Under the pieces are notes generated by a model. It did not search any database, was not told where the DNA came from, and saw only the letters and a program-made list of their open reading frames with translations. A stretch of 64,000 nucleotides of DNA. Origin: Lama glama (lineage: Eukaryota). Below are positions 13,566 to 26,787 of this stretch, piece after piece; within the stretch, counting starts at the first letter, position 1, and the number at the start of each line of letters is the position of its first letter. The stretch lies in contig CM052818.1 in assembly GCA_028534125.1 (NCBI GenBank), forward strand, positions 9,426,001 through 9,490,000. The letters are read 5' to 3'. Position numbers and translations under genes: made by a program.

Positions 13566-14246
13566 GACTAACTGGTAAATTCATACTACCTTATTGGTAA
13601 TGTAATAGTTTAACTTCTCTGCCAATTATTTATTACTCTAAAAGAGAATTGATAGCACTTTTTTAAAATGAAGGATAATCAAAACTGTTCAAAAATAAAA
13701 AATTTAGTCTTTGAAATGAAGGGTGAGATATTGCTAAATGTAACTGAGTGTTCAGAACTGTCAGTTGACATCTTTAGGGACCACATTAGCAGAACCTTCA
13801 TTAGTATTAGGCAGGAGACTTGCAGTTTGGCTTGGAGATTATTCCCCCCCCCCCCTTTTGGGGCTTACCTTTATGGTAAGATTACATCAGAAATGGAGAA
13901 AGCTTCCCTGAATGCTTCAATGCGTACTATGGAAATTAAAAGGCATGATCTTTGAGTAAGAAAAAAACATTGCTTTTTAGATATTCTTGTCTCTGTACCT
14001 CATATTAGTTATCCTAACTTTCCAGAATTGTATTGCTTATTTATAAGTTCAGATAATGTTACCTTTTCTTGTGTTTTATTTCAGTTATTCTCTGTAGTAC
14101 TATAAACAGTTGATTGTATGTAATAACTTCTTTATAATTTGTATGTGAACAAATTTAGGTTTTTAGCTGAGTCTGTCTTTTAGACATGGGGAAGAATGAT
14201 ACTGATTTTTTAAAATGTATTAACTATTTTTATTATTTGACTTTAG

Positions 14247-14328
14247 GTCCATTGCAAAAGAACTTGCAGATTGGCTTATAAGCAACAATGTGGTAGAGCA
14301 TATATTTGGACCAAATTTACATATTGAG
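14247..14328 (+). CDS. USP34: USP34 window exon 4 (82 nt)
   Basis: tttag|G...GAG|gtttgt; SIAKELADWLISNNVVEHIFGPNLHIE. Confidence 0.93.
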
Positions 14329-14415
14329 GTTTGTTGACAGTTATATGACTTCTGTGGTCTATTAACAGAGAAGAATGTTTTTAAAAATTAACTATAATGA
14401 GTTTTTCTTTTCTAG

Positions 14416-14508
14416 ATTATCAAACAGTGCCAAGTGATTCTGAATTTTTTGGCAGCAGAAGGACGACTGAGTACGCAGCATATTGACTGCATTTGGGCTG
14501 CAGCACAG
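14416..14508 (+). CDS. USP34: USP34 window exon 5 (93 nt)
   Basis: tctag|ATT...CAG|gtaacg; IIKQCQVILNFLAAEGRLSTQHIDCIWAAAQ. Confidence 0.94.
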
Positions 14509-14839
14509 GTAACGTCAACAGCTCACATTTATTAAGTGCTTCTTTATTATATTTTCTAAGTACCTTACTCCCCTGTAAGATAAATTCTGCTATCTTCATT
14601 TTGTAGCTAAAGAAACAAAGATTTGGATAAAGTTGGGAATGGAATCTATGAAGTCTGACTTCAGAGTCCATGTCTTACTATATTACTGGTACAATTGAGG
14701 GAAATGAGAGTCAGACAATTAGAAGTTCTTGGTTTATTAAGAGACATTTCCCTGTTAATTTTCATTTATACAGTGAGTGTTTTTATCCTGAGTGTTGTAT
14801 TGGTATGTTTCTTTTCTGTTAAACTGTTTTCTTTTTTAA

Positions 14840-16010
14840 TTTAATTTTTTGAATAGGCATTTATCCATATGATTTAAATGTTGAAAAGATAAATTTCCTG
14901 CTTCCTGCCTTTGTCTCCCATGCATTCAGCATTAACCTCTCGGGTGCATCATAGATTTCTAAATAAATCACTAATTGTAAACATTTTTCTTTTCTTGTCC
15001 TCTTTTTTTCCACCAATGTCTCAAACTAAAACAGACTTGGCTTTTTTTCACTGAACAATTTACCCTGGTGATTATTATTCCATGTGAATATATAAAACAC
15101 TTTTTTTTTTTAGAACTTTTTTTTGGGGGGGTTGCATAGTGCTTCATTATATGCACGTACCATAGTTAATTTAACCAATTCCTGTTCTTTGGCATTATTT
15201 TTTCTGAGTCCTTTCCATTATAAACAGTGCTTCAGTGAGTAACTTATACCATAGTGATTTCATCATGTTCAAAACTATTACGTAGGATAAATTCCTACTT
15301 ATAAATAGAATTGTTAGGTCAAAGCTTATGTGTGGTTAATTTGTGGTAACTAATGGCGTGATAGCACCACTTTCACCTTATCCTCCTCAGTAAGTTTCTT
15401 GATATTTGCTAAACTGATGGGTGAAAAGTGATGATACTGATGTTTTAAATTTGGATTTATTTTATGTGAATCAGATTGAAAATCTTGTGTTTGAGCTATT
15501 TTTGTTTCCTATTCTGGGAATGTCTGTTTATATTCTTTGCCATTTATCAGTTGCTTTATTTGTGGTTTTTTTTTTTTTTTTTTTTTTTGGTAGGAGATCT
15601 TTATATCACATTGGACTTCTGTCTGTTATGGGTTATGACTACATTCTACTTTGATGTCTTTGCTTAATGTGGCTTTTGCAGTTCATTTTCAAGTTTGTGA
15701 TTTTGACCTTGTGGTTCAAATTTTTATGGCCTGTGGCTTTTGTGTTATGGTTTGAAATGCCTTCTTTGTTTCAAGATTATAAGAAAATTCCCCTTTAATT
15801 ATTCCTGTACATTTTGTTTTAGTTTTATGTATTAATCTTTGATCCAGTTGGAGTTTATCATGGTTCAGGGTGTCATGTATGACAGTTCCCCCCATCCCCC
15901 GCCCATTGTTTTGGTTATGTAGTTGTCCATATTCCATTTGTTCAGTAACTCTTTTCTTCACTGATTTGAGATAGCAGTTTTATCTAGACTGGGTCAATTT
16001 CTGGACTTGT
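14840..16010 (-). mobile_element. Very old antisense LINE-1 remnant (L1ME-like)
   Basis: Degraded antisense L1 3' end/ORF2 text; boundaries approximate. Confidence 0.6.
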
Positions 16011-16049
16011 AGTCTGACCTTTTGGTATATCTAGTCATGATCTATATAC

Positions 16050-16260
16050 TAGGGGTTGGTAAACGTATGACCTGTGGGCTGGCCATGTAATTTTGTAAAT
16101 AGCTTTTTTGTAACATAGCCTTACCCATTCTTTTTCATATTGTCTAAGGCTGTTTCCATATTTCAGTGGCAGAGTACAGTACTTGTAACAGAGACGTGAT
16201 CACCTGTAATTCTAAACTGTTTACTGTCTGGCCCATCAAGAAAACATTTGCTGATCCCTG
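16050..16260 (+). mobile_element. MER58A-like hAT-Charlie MITE
   Basis: Terminal inverted repeats taggggttggtaaac ... tttgctgatccctg. Confidence 0.78.
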
Positions 16261-19200
16261 GTTTTATACTAATTAGTATCTTTTCTCTTTTCCCCTCGTA
16301 TTTTTTAGTATTGGGCAAGGCTGATCCTTTCTCCTAATGTTTTTTTTTTTTAAACCTTTGTCTCATTTTTTCCATTTGATTTTTAGCATTGACTAGTCTT
16401 TAAAAATATTGTTGTTTTTATTGTTGCTTTTATTGTTAGAATGTTTAATATGAGAGTTGAAGTTCTGTCTTCTTATTCAAAGCATATGTTGTTTCTTTTC
16501 CTTTGTATCATTCAGCATTTCAAAGTTACTTGTGTATAGATTTTATTTCATGTTAAGCTTATTCTTAATAATTTAATTTTATTTATTCTTGCTATTAAAA
16601 TACTTATTTCTCCCACTATACTTGCTTTCATTCATTATATCGTTATTTCTTCTACTATATTTAATTGTCATGGCATATATATGTAAACATTTTATATATT
16701 TAATCATTTTAAAATTTCTGATTGTTAATAATTATGTACCTTGAGACCTTATTGGTTGTAATTTTTCAAAACGGTTTTTTTATACTTAATATTATCTGTT
16801 TATACATCACTATCATTTTAACAAAGAGGCAGTTCCTATTTCAGAGTAAAGTGAAATTTTCTTTTCATACTTTCAGAAAATGTTACTTTAGTTGAGTTTT
16901 TATTATTTTTTTCATGGCAAGACAAGCCAAATATGAGAACAATGATAGTTAAGTAATAAAGGATAAATAACTAAGAATAGTGAAGCATTATTTATTGAAA
17001 CTGAAATTGTTCAGATTTACAATTGATAATAATGGTGTGTTAAAACTATTAGCATTTACCCTAGCAAAAATTTGAAGTAACCTAATAAGGGAGTGATTTA
17101 AAAATTGTGGCCATATCTGTGATACTGTTTGAAATAACTTGAAATATCTATAAAAGAGAGTTTGACAAAGAGAAAATAAATAAGTATATTTTAAAGGTTA
17201 TTTTAGTTGGAAGTTTCTGTGGTTTGTTACAGCTTTACTTTTGAATGTACCACAAATTTAGAATGATCAGGAATTTCTAAATTTTGAGTTCTTTTAATTG
17301 GAGCACCAACTATAACTGATTTCACACTGTCTGGGGTAAGTTGGTTTCATATAGAGTCTTATTTGAGTCTTTTTTTCCTTTCCTCTGGAGTAAGTTTTTG
17401 CAGTCACTTTGCTCACCTGACACCCACACACATATACACATACTTCACCCAGTAATAACTGGATTGGTTGCTGTTCATTTCATTGATTGTATCCCAACTC
17501 TTATATCCGAATCCAAAGAGAAAATTGACAAAGGTGACAAATGGGAAATTGAAAAGAAGTTCAGTGGTCTATAAATATTGGAAAAATGCTTGTCTTTGTT
17601 TATAATTCAGTGTAAGTTCAACTAACATAATAGCATTTTCATATATAGGGTAATTCCCATTATGTTTAACCATGCCATCTATTGAACAGTGTGGTAGAAC
17701 TTTGGAAAAACAATATAGCAGGTCTCTTTCTGGTGATTTATCTTCTAAATACAGGTACATGAAGATGTTTGGTATATCATTGACTACACTAGCAGATCAC
17801 GAATGTCTGTCACCATAGGATTAGTTAAATAACTAGCTGGATAATAATTTTGAGAAGTCCATATCATAGAGTATTCTGTGGCCATGAGAAGGACTGAAAT
17901 TGCTGTATTTACATGTTCATGTGGAACAACCTCCAAGAAATATTTTTAGTAAACACTGCATAGGTAATAGATCTTTTATTAAGAGAAACCAAGTACACAG
18001 TGTATTCTCCCACTGGATACTTAAACATTTACAAAAAGAGGATGCACATACATATATATTCTTTGTACTTGTGAATGTCTGGAACTATTTTGGAAAAATA
18101 CACAAGAAATTTTAACAGGTTTGCTTTTGGGGAAGTGGCTTGAGATAGGTGGGAAACTTTTTTTTATTGTCTACATTTATGTAAGCTTTGAATATTTAAC
18201 ATGTTTATTAATTTTTCAGTAAGTATAAAAACTACTATATAAATTACAGTAGACATTTTTACATTTCAGTGACTTTACCATTTAAAGTTACTTATTATTC
18301 TGGCTTGATTATCTCTCTACATCTCCCTCTTTATACCCTGTCACCATAAAACTTTTTAGTCATATGACAAAAAAATAAACTTCAGAATCTTTCCACCCTA
18401 CAGGAATTTGTTGTTAAATGCTTTCCATACTTGAATTTAACTTTTCTATAAATTTCTGTAGCTTCTTGAGATAATAATTTTATCTTAGAATGCAGCTAAT
18501 GGCTTTTTTGGGGATAGATTTTCATGTCCCAGTGACAAGTAAAATTTCCTAGGATTTAGAAGGGACTTAAATATCATGACTCTCAAATGTGCGTTATGTA
18601 CATTTTGAGGGAACTGGTCCATTTTTCCCCAGATTCTCAAAAGGATTAGGTGATGACCAATTTTAGAAATGCTGATTTTTACTCTAGTGATTATTAGCTT
18701 CTGCATGTATATTTATTTGTACACATTTAAATTACTACTTTATGAGACATTGCATACTGTTAACCATGTGAAATTATGATTGTACCTCAAGTATAATCTA
18801 GCCACTGCAGTATCCTCTTCTATGTTACATCTTACGATTTGGATTCTGTTCCTTCCTGCCTTTTTAGGAGCTGTTAATATGAATGATGATTTCTTCTTGT
18901 ATTATATATTTAAACCTCTTGTCTTTACTGTATTCTTTTATGTTGTTGGGTCTTTCCATATGCCTTTGCTATCTGCTCATATTTAAGAAAGACGACTGGT
19001 AGGTGGTCTAGATATTGTTGGATGTTGTGAAAATATTTTTCCATTAGAGCTCTCAAATGGACTCCTGGGAATGGGGAACAGAGGAGGGAATGGGAAAACA
19101 GGATTTCATGTCCATGTCTCACTCCTGCTGTCCATCCAACCTGGTACTCTGGGTTTAGAATTTTTTCCAGTTACATTAGGAAGATAGACCTATCTCTTCT

Positions 19201-19659
19201 GCAGCTCACTCGCTGCAGCTTTCCTTATCTGTACTTTTCAAAATATATTCCCATTCATTTTAGTCAATCAGAAATCTGTTGAAATTTCACATCTATTACT
19301 GATTCTCATTTTCTTTATAGGTTTGTTTCTATTCCTTCTGAAATGCAGTAATGATTGATTCTCTTCTATGGAAGATGAGGAAATTTTCAACATTTTTCTC
19401 TTACTCACTTTGCAGTTTTTATTATGTTATTTGTGTTTTATCATATTATACAACTTTTAAGTTCTACAGTATAACCATACTTTCCACAATTGTTCAGTAT
19501 TAATTTTGTATTTAGGTATATGATTCACCACAAATTCTTTTTCCTCACTTCTGGTTTTCTCTTTCCTTTTTCCTTATTCCAGAGTTAATTTGTGTTTATT
19601 CTTGTGAATTTTACAGAGTAGCCTTTCATTTTCCCTTATTGGTTTGTAAACTGGCCTTA

Positions 19660-20024
19660 TACACAGAGGTGAGGGAGAGGCTGAAGAGACAGAAAGTGCT
19701 CCAAATTGGGAGGTACAGGTTAAATAAGCAGGGGAACTTTGGAGGCTTGTCTTCAGTGGCTGCAAGATGAGTAGATCTCTACACCCTCTTGCCAAATCTT
19801 GTTAGAGAGGCCTTAACTGGGTTCAGGCATGTATACCGTGTAGGTGGTTTCAACAACACCTTACTCTCTCTCTCAAGGTTATGTCCTTGGAATAGCTCCC
19901 ACCGTGGGAACAGCAGGCAGAACGTATGTTCCAGCGACAGGGGGGCAGTGAGGAGCCTCTGGTTACCCAGTTTCAGCTCACAGGTCAACTGGCAGTCATG
20001 TCCTCTCGATTATATCCTCCAACA
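19660..20024 (-). mobile_element. LTR-like fragment (possibly LTR41-related ERVL)
   Basis: GC-richer island; the reverse strand starts tgttggaggatataat (TG start typical of LTRs); family call from recall only. Confidence 0.4.
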
Positions 20025-20369
20025 TCCCTAAAGAGAAATTTGTGGATATTCTGGGTTACTGTACACTTGAAATGTCTGTTTTCTTTGTACTTGAAGAGTT
20101 TGACCAAAAGTGAGATACTAGAGCCATTCTTGTTTTCCATCAGAACTGTGTAATAGGCATGGATAGTATTCGATTGTTTTCTGAACAAAGAGCTTGTATA
20201 TTTAATATTTTACAAAGATACATATCTAATATATAGCCCATCCTTTTTTATCGGATGAATTTTTCTCTCATGTTGTTTTTCAGGTTTCATTAACCCCACG
20301 AGGATTTTTTTTTTTTAAAACTTGCTTTGAGTTTTTGGTTGATGGCTTTTAACATGTTCTTCTTTTCTT

Positions 20370-22430
20370 TATTAAAATTACTTTATTGTGGTACAAATAT
20401 ATATAACATGTAATTTACCATTTTAACCATTTGTAAGTGTACAAGTTCTGTGGCATTAAATACGTTCACAGTGTTTTTAATCATCACTTACCTGTGTCCA
20501 AAACTTTGATATCATCCTCCCAAAAAACACTGTACCTGTTTTCTATACAATAATAACCTCCACCACCCCCCTTCCAGGGGACTGTTGGTTTCCTCTCTTC
20601 TACTTTGTGTCTCTATGAATTTGCCTATTCTAGGTACCTCATTTAATGAAATCATACTATGTTTGGCTTATTTTACTAAATACAGTTTTTTCAAGGTCCA
20701 ACCACATTATAGCATACATAAAAATTTTCTTTTTATGTTATGGCTGAATAATATTCAATTGTAGGTATACACTACGACTAGTTTATGCATTGATTCATCA
20801 GTAGACATTTGAGTTGATTCCATCTTGTCACTATTTATTACGTATAACACATCTGTGAACATGGGTGTACAGGTATATGTTTGAGTCTCTGTTTTCAATT
20901 CTTCTATAAATATACCTAGGGGTAGATACTCCTGGCTCATTTGGTAATTTGAGGTTTAACCTGTACAGAAAGTCACTAAATTTTTCCACAGCGACTGCAT
21001 ATTGTACATCCCGTCAGCAATACAAGCAGGTTCTAATTTCTCCACATCCTTGCCAACAATTGTTATTTGTCTTTTAAAAAAAAATTTTAGCCATCCTACT
21101 AGGTGTGAAGTGGTATCTAACTGTGGTTGTAATTTGCATTTATTTGCATTTCTGAACAACGATGTTGAGCAGCCTTTCATGTACTTATTGGCTATTTGTA
21201 TATCTTCTTTGGAGAAATGTTCATTCAAGTCCTTTGCCTATTTTTGAATTGTGTTTGTGGATTTTTTGTTGTTGTTGTTACATTTTAGAAGTACTTTATA
21301 TATTCTAGAAAATAGTCTCATCAGGTATGGTATTTGCATACATTTTCTCCAACTCTGTAAGTTGTCTTTTCCTTTCTTGAAAGTATCCTTAAGATGCACT
21401 AAGGTCTTAATTTTGATGAAGTCTGATTTATCATTTTTTTCTTTTCTGGCCTCTGTTTTTGATGTTATATCAATGAAGTCATTGCCAAGTTGAATGGATA
21501 GATAATATCCTTTTATTTCTGTTTTTTTTTTTTAATGCTGTACTTATTTTGTTCAGGTATTGTTTTCCTGTCCGTTTTTTTCTTCCTTTAGCTCTTTGAA
21601 TGTCTGTAAAGGTAGATGTATTACGATCTTTGTCAAGCAGTTCCAATGGGTGAGCTTCCTTGGGTACATTTGTGTTGATTTATTATATTCATTTGAACGG
21701 ACCACATTTTTATATTTTTATATTTTCTGTTGCTTTTCTTTCCTTTTGGGGGATGGGGTTAAAACAGCATCTGAATTTTATAATGTGCTGACTCTGGAAA
21801 TGAGATTCTCTTCCTTTCTCAGTTTATTCTTTCTTTGATAGTTATAAGTGTTTTTGTGCTAGGGATTAATATAATGCGAATGCTTATGGTCTCCTCAGGT
21901 TTTTCTTAGCCTCTGACTTCCCCTGAGAATGTGTAGTGCTTCTCTAAATTATTATATACATACAATTTTTATTGAGCATCCAGAAAAACTGTAGTGTGCC
22001 TCCTTTAATTCCCCCAATAGTCACTAGCTGATTTGGGTTGAAACAGTGACAGTTAATCTCTGTGCCTGCATCTCAGCCATTAGAGGTAGAAATTGAGATC
22101 GGAACACAGAGGTTTGCTATTTGGAGAACAAGATTATTATTGCCCACCCATGGCTCCAAACTATACTAGAGTCATATTAGTGTCCCCTCAGCTGCCTGCC
22201 ATAGGGACAGGGAGTGGGGGATGAATAGCTGCTATCACACTGAAGGCTTCACACTGAAATTGGCCAATATTTACCATTCAGGCCTTCTGTTGGGAGTACA
22301 GGAGTTCAAAACAGCTACTCTATAGAGTTTCAGAATAGTTACATCAGACAGTTTCTGCCATTACAGTTGCTGTCTAGGTACAGAGGTGGATTCCAGGCAT
22401 TTCCTGCTCTGCCATCTTTTTTGACATCCT
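20370..22430 (-). mobile_element. Antisense LINE-1 fragments (3' end/ORF2 at ~20370-21500; 5'-type fragment beyond)
   Basis: Minus-strand ORF remnants MNEHFSKEDIQIANKYMKGCSTSL and PLGIFIEELKT match the L1 ORF2 C-terminus. Confidence 0.82.
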
Positions 22431-23536
22431 TTTCCTCTCTTTTCTTTTCAATAACTAGTGAAGAAGAGTCTGAACCAACTACACATGCTATTTTTACCAG
22501 GAACTCAAGCCATCAATCTTAATATTTTTTCCTGACTTTTTGGATTTGTCTTCATAGTGTGTGCCTTGAAAAGTGCCTAGTGTATCTTTTGCCTCAGTTA
22601 CCAGATTACATAGTTATCTCTTAAGGGTCTTATTACTTAAAAATAACCAGTAAGGTATTTGATTATGAAAATTATGTCTATTAAAGTCCCATTTTATTAA
22701 TAATTGAATTGGCACACATCAGAAATGTATCACATAGTATGTTTTTATCACATTTTAATAAGGAAAAGTGTAAAATTAATAGTTATTTGTTGGCAAAAAA
22801 GCAATTATAAATTGTTAATATAGTCCAATTATAGTGTTAACATTATATTTAAATTAATAGTAATATTCTTAGATAAGATCTGTAAAACCAGCACTTATAA
22901 TTGATGATTCACTTCTCAAAGTCAAATAATGTTTTTGGTCTTGAAGTACTGCAATTGGTTTAAACAGTAGTGTTGAATTAAATAGTAGCATTGAAGGGAA
23001 TTGTAGTTTATTAGAAGTCGCCCTGACCTAGAGGAACTTTTCCAGTGTTATTTTATTTCACCTTCTGTTTCAAAATTAAGTTATGTATATTTACCCTGAT
23101 AAGGGGATGCAGTAGCAGAGAGTTCATGTGATATACACCTGAAAAATGTAAAAGTTAGTGTTTTAGAATAGAAAAATTTGTGTTTTCTTAAAGACTTTTT
23201 ATGTATTCAAGAAAAGTAGAATACCTTTTACCTTTGGAGTCCTGTAATTGGTTATTTCTGGCCTAGTCGCATTTGTTGCTGGATCTTAATTTAGCTATTA
23301 GCAACTTTATGGCTATAAAAGATAATTATTTTACATGACATTGTAATATTTAGAGGTCACATTTTTGTAAATATTATACTTTCCCTCATATTTACATAAT
23401 TCTGTTTCGTATAACAAAGGAGACTTTCTATCTCCTGGCTTATATTATGAAGATCTTGATTATAAAGGGAGTTCCTGTTGTGTATTCTAGTAAAATGAAC
23501 ATGTTATATAAATATAACCGCTTACTATGAGAAATA

Positions 23537-23737
23537 CGATTGACCCTTGAACAATGTGGGGGTTATGGCACCACCCTCTATACAGTCAAAAATCAGCATG
23601 TAACTTTACAGTCAGTCTTCTGTATCCATAGTTCCATATCCGTGGATCATGTGCTACTATAGTACATACTTGGTGAAAAAAATCTGCATATATGTGGATC
23701 CACACAGTTAAAACCTGCATTGTTCAAGGATCCACTG
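23537..23737 (+). mobile_element. Tigger2-derived MITE
   Basis: TIRs cgattgacccttgaacaa ... ttgttcaaggatccactg; TA flanks. Confidence 0.82.
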
Positions 23738-24164
23738 TATATTTGATTAATATTTAATTTGATTTTCTTTCCTAACTGTATTTTATTTTTAATTGCATAC
23801 ATCTTAATTTACTATTTAATTTGTTTTTTTATGAATAATAGGTATCTAAATTTAATTGGAATTGTTTTTATACTTGAATTCCAGAAACTGTATGTATTGT
23901 GCACTTGGCGTCTTGTGGTTAAAAATTTAAGTTTATGGTTTGCTTGGATAAGCTGAAGTTCTGCTTAAGTAGGAATTTTATTTTCATGGTTTTATGTACT
24001 GTGATTCATGATATTTGGTTTATTGACATTTTAGCAAGGTGTTTTTAAAAATTAGTGTCCCAGCCTCCTTCTTCACTTTTAAACTTATATAACTTTTTTG
24101 GTATCAGTTTATTTATTTATGTAGTGTAATTCTTTTTGATTATTGTCTCTACTTTTTTTTCTAG

Positions 24165-24290
24165 TTGAAACATTGTAGTCGGTATATTCATGACTTATTT
24201 CCTTCACTCATCAAGAATTTGGATCCAGTACCACTTAGACATCTTCTTAATCTGGTCTCTGCTCTTGAGCCAAGTGTTCATACTGAACAG
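24165..24290 (+). CDS. USP34: USP34 window exon 6 (126 nt)
   Basis: tctag|TTG...CAG|gtaatt; LKHCSRYIHDLFPSLIKNLDPVPLRHLLNLVSALEPSVHTEQ. Confidence 0.94.
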
Positions 24291-24468
24291 GTAATTCATT
24301 CAAAATACAATGGGATTTTTTTTTTTTTTGTAAAGTGAAAATTTATTTGTGATTCAGATATTTAACTTGTTTATTTCTGTTGGCATTTCAGTTGGGCAAA
24401 AGGATATTAAATTTGTTACAATGTTTCCTAAAACCTGTGATTTTAATCTTTTTTTTTTTTTTTTTAAG

Positions 24469-24598
24469 ACATTGTATTTGGCATCGATGTTAATTAAAGC
24501 ATTATGGAATAATGCACTAGCTGCTAAGGCCCAGCTATCTAAACAGAGTTCATTTGCATCTTTATTAAACACTAATCTTCCCATTGGAAATAAGAAAG
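24469..24598 (+). CDS. USP34: USP34 window exon 7 (130 nt)
   Basis: poly-T aag|ACA...AAAG|gttagt; TLYLASMLIKALWNNALAAKAQLSKQSSFASLLNTNLPIGNKK. Confidence 0.94.
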
Positions 24599-25288
24599 GT
24601 TAGTAAAGTATAATGTAATTTGAAGTATAAAGTAATTTGTAAGTTGTCCAAAGTTTAGAACACAAATTTGAATTCGTTTTTGCAAATTAGTTTCACTTCA
24701 GTCTTAATTTTGAAATAAGTTTGAATGGGAGTTGATGGTTTTGTGAAAAGGTTAATAAATTGGGATTGGCTCATATTTTGGGCTTACTATTCAAGTAAAG
24801 AACAGTGATAAAATTTTAGTAGTTAATGGATCTTCCCTCTCATTATGGTTGTTCACTTTAAAAAAAAAAAAGCCCAACTATTTCATAAAAGCTTCAGAGC
24901 TTTTGGTTAGAAAACAAACAAGCAATATGCTTCGTTCTAGAAATAATTTTGAGAGTAGAACATAATGATACATTTCTCTGTGTTTTCTACTTCAAAGTTT
25001 TCTATCATTTCAGTGTTTTATGTGTACTTTTACGTGTATAGCTTTCCCAGGCTTTCTAAAATTTTATCAGTTTTACTCCTGTTTTGGCCTCCTGACATTG
25101 TATACTACTATTAGGCTTTTCTATGTGGGCACCCACAACCAGTGTGGAAAGTGGTGGGGACTTAATTATTGCAGGTTTCCCTATTTGTGTCTTGTTGATT
25201 ATATAATAAGAACAACTAATGTGTTGTCCCAAAGAAATTCATTCACTTAGAATATTTTCCTCCTGTTTTTTTTTTCCTTTTCCTTCAG

Positions 25289-25324
25289 AGGAAGAAGAGC
25301 TCAGAAGAGCTGCACCATCACCTT
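25289..25324 (+). CDS. USP34: USP34 window exon 8 (36 nt)
   Basis: ttcag|AG...CCTT|gtaagt; (E)EEELRRAAPSP(W); phase 1-1. Confidence 0.9.
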
Positions 25325-25687
25325 GTAAGTTGAGTCTTAGAAATGTATGGCAAGATGACTTGTAGTTTTATTTTGATGATCATCTGAGGTTGATTTTATA
25401 TAATATATTTGTTTCAGAGTCATAGAGTTTTCATTTTGAGCAGGAGATGTAAACCCTTAACTAGTTATCTATCTTACCCTTTTTGTTTAAATCATTAATG
25501 TCTTGGCTTTTAATTAAAATCATGTATATCCTCTTTAGAAATGATTGGCAGATGTTAACATATTTCCGGATTATATTTTTTGGCTACTTAGCATAGAGCT
25601 TTGGTATATCACAGAATCGAAAGATAATGGCATTTTGATAGATCCATGTTAATGCAAATGAGAAATAACAAAATCTTTTTAATATAG

Positions 25688-25818
25688 GGTCACCTGCAGC
25701 CAGTCCTCAAAGCAGTGATAACAGTGATACCCATCAAAGTGGAGGCAGTGACATTGAAATGGATGAGCAACTTACTAATAGAACGAAACATGTACAACAG
25801 CGACTTTCAGATACAGAG
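25688..25818 (+). CDS. USP34: USP34 window exon 9 (131 nt)
   Basis: tatag|GG...GAG|gtatga; SPAASPQSSDNSDTHQSGGSDIEMDEQLTNRTKHVQQRLSDTE. Confidence 0.94.
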
Positions 25819-26104
25819 GTATGAAAACAGATTTTCCTCCCCTTTTAAAGAGAGTTTTTGATTTTCAGGTTTGTGCCATGCTTATCCTTTGAACTGGGAA
25901 TATAAACCTGATCCCTGTTAAGGCTTCTCTTTTTAGTATTACTGAGGTTCTTTACTTTTCTTTAAGTTTTTAATTCCATTTTGTATTGTTCGAAGAAATA
26001 AGACAGTTGCAGCCTTTTAAAAAAACTACAGTGTGTTAATGTCATTTACTTTTTTTCTTACTAGTTTTAAATATTTATTTAAATCTCTTTGTTTCTCAAT
26101 ACAG

Positions 26105-26715
26105 GAATCCATGCAGGGAAGTTCTGACGAAACTGCCAACAGTGGTGAAGATGGAAGCAGTGGTCCTGGTAGCAGTAGTGGACATAGTGATGGATCTAGC
26201 AATGAAGTGAATTCTAGCCATGCAAGCCAGTCAGCTGGGAGCCCTGGCAGTGAGGTACAGTCAGAAGACATCGCAGATATTGAAGCCCTTAAAGAAGAAG
26301 ACGAAGATGATGATCATGGTCATAATCCTCCTAAAAGCAGTTGTGGTACAGATCTTCGGAACAGGAAGTTGGAAAGTCAAGCAGGCATTTGCTTAGGGGA
26401 TTCTCAAGGTCCATCAGAAAGAAGTGGGACAAACAATGGAACAGGAAAGGACCTGGTTTTTAACACTGAGTCATTGCCATCGGTAGATAATCGAATAAGA
26501 ATGCTAGATGCCTGTTCACACTCTGAAGACCCAGAACATGATATTTCAGGGGAAATGAATGCTGCTCATATAGCACAAGCATCTCAGGAATCTTGTATTA
26601 CACGCACTGGGGACTTTCTTGGGGAGACTATTGGGAATGAATTATTTAATTGTCGGCAGTTTATTGGTCCACAGCATCACCACCACCACCACCACCATCA
26701 TCACCACCATGATGG
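26105..26715 (+). CDS. USP34: USP34 window exon 10 (611 nt; Ser/acidic low-complexity region and poly-His)
   Basis: acag|GAA...GATGG|gtaagt; ESMQGSSDETANSGEDG...QHHHHHHHHHHHHD(G). Confidence 0.96.
26675..26710 (+). repeat. Coding CAC/CAT repeat encoding 12 His
   Basis: CAT (CAC)6 CAT CAT CAC CAC CAT. Confidence 0.97.
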
Positions 26716-26787
26716 GTAAGTCTCCTTAAGAATAAACAGGTTATATTTCCTTTTGGAGGTAATTATAGCCTATTTATTCAACTAGAT

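Noticed and set aside
19574..20188. Cluster of overlapping 67-80 aa ORFs
   Set aside because: Explained by locally higher GC in an LTR-like block; no recognisable protein or exon structure.
24349..24468. Open frame running through the intron upstream of exon 7, with an in-frame cag at 24355-24357
   Set aside because: It would leave only a 67-nt intron, and the added peptide is poly-T-derived (FFFFF); likely chance.
26026..26271. Antisense ORF over exon 10
   Set aside because: Shadow of the GC-richer coding exon; no independent signals.
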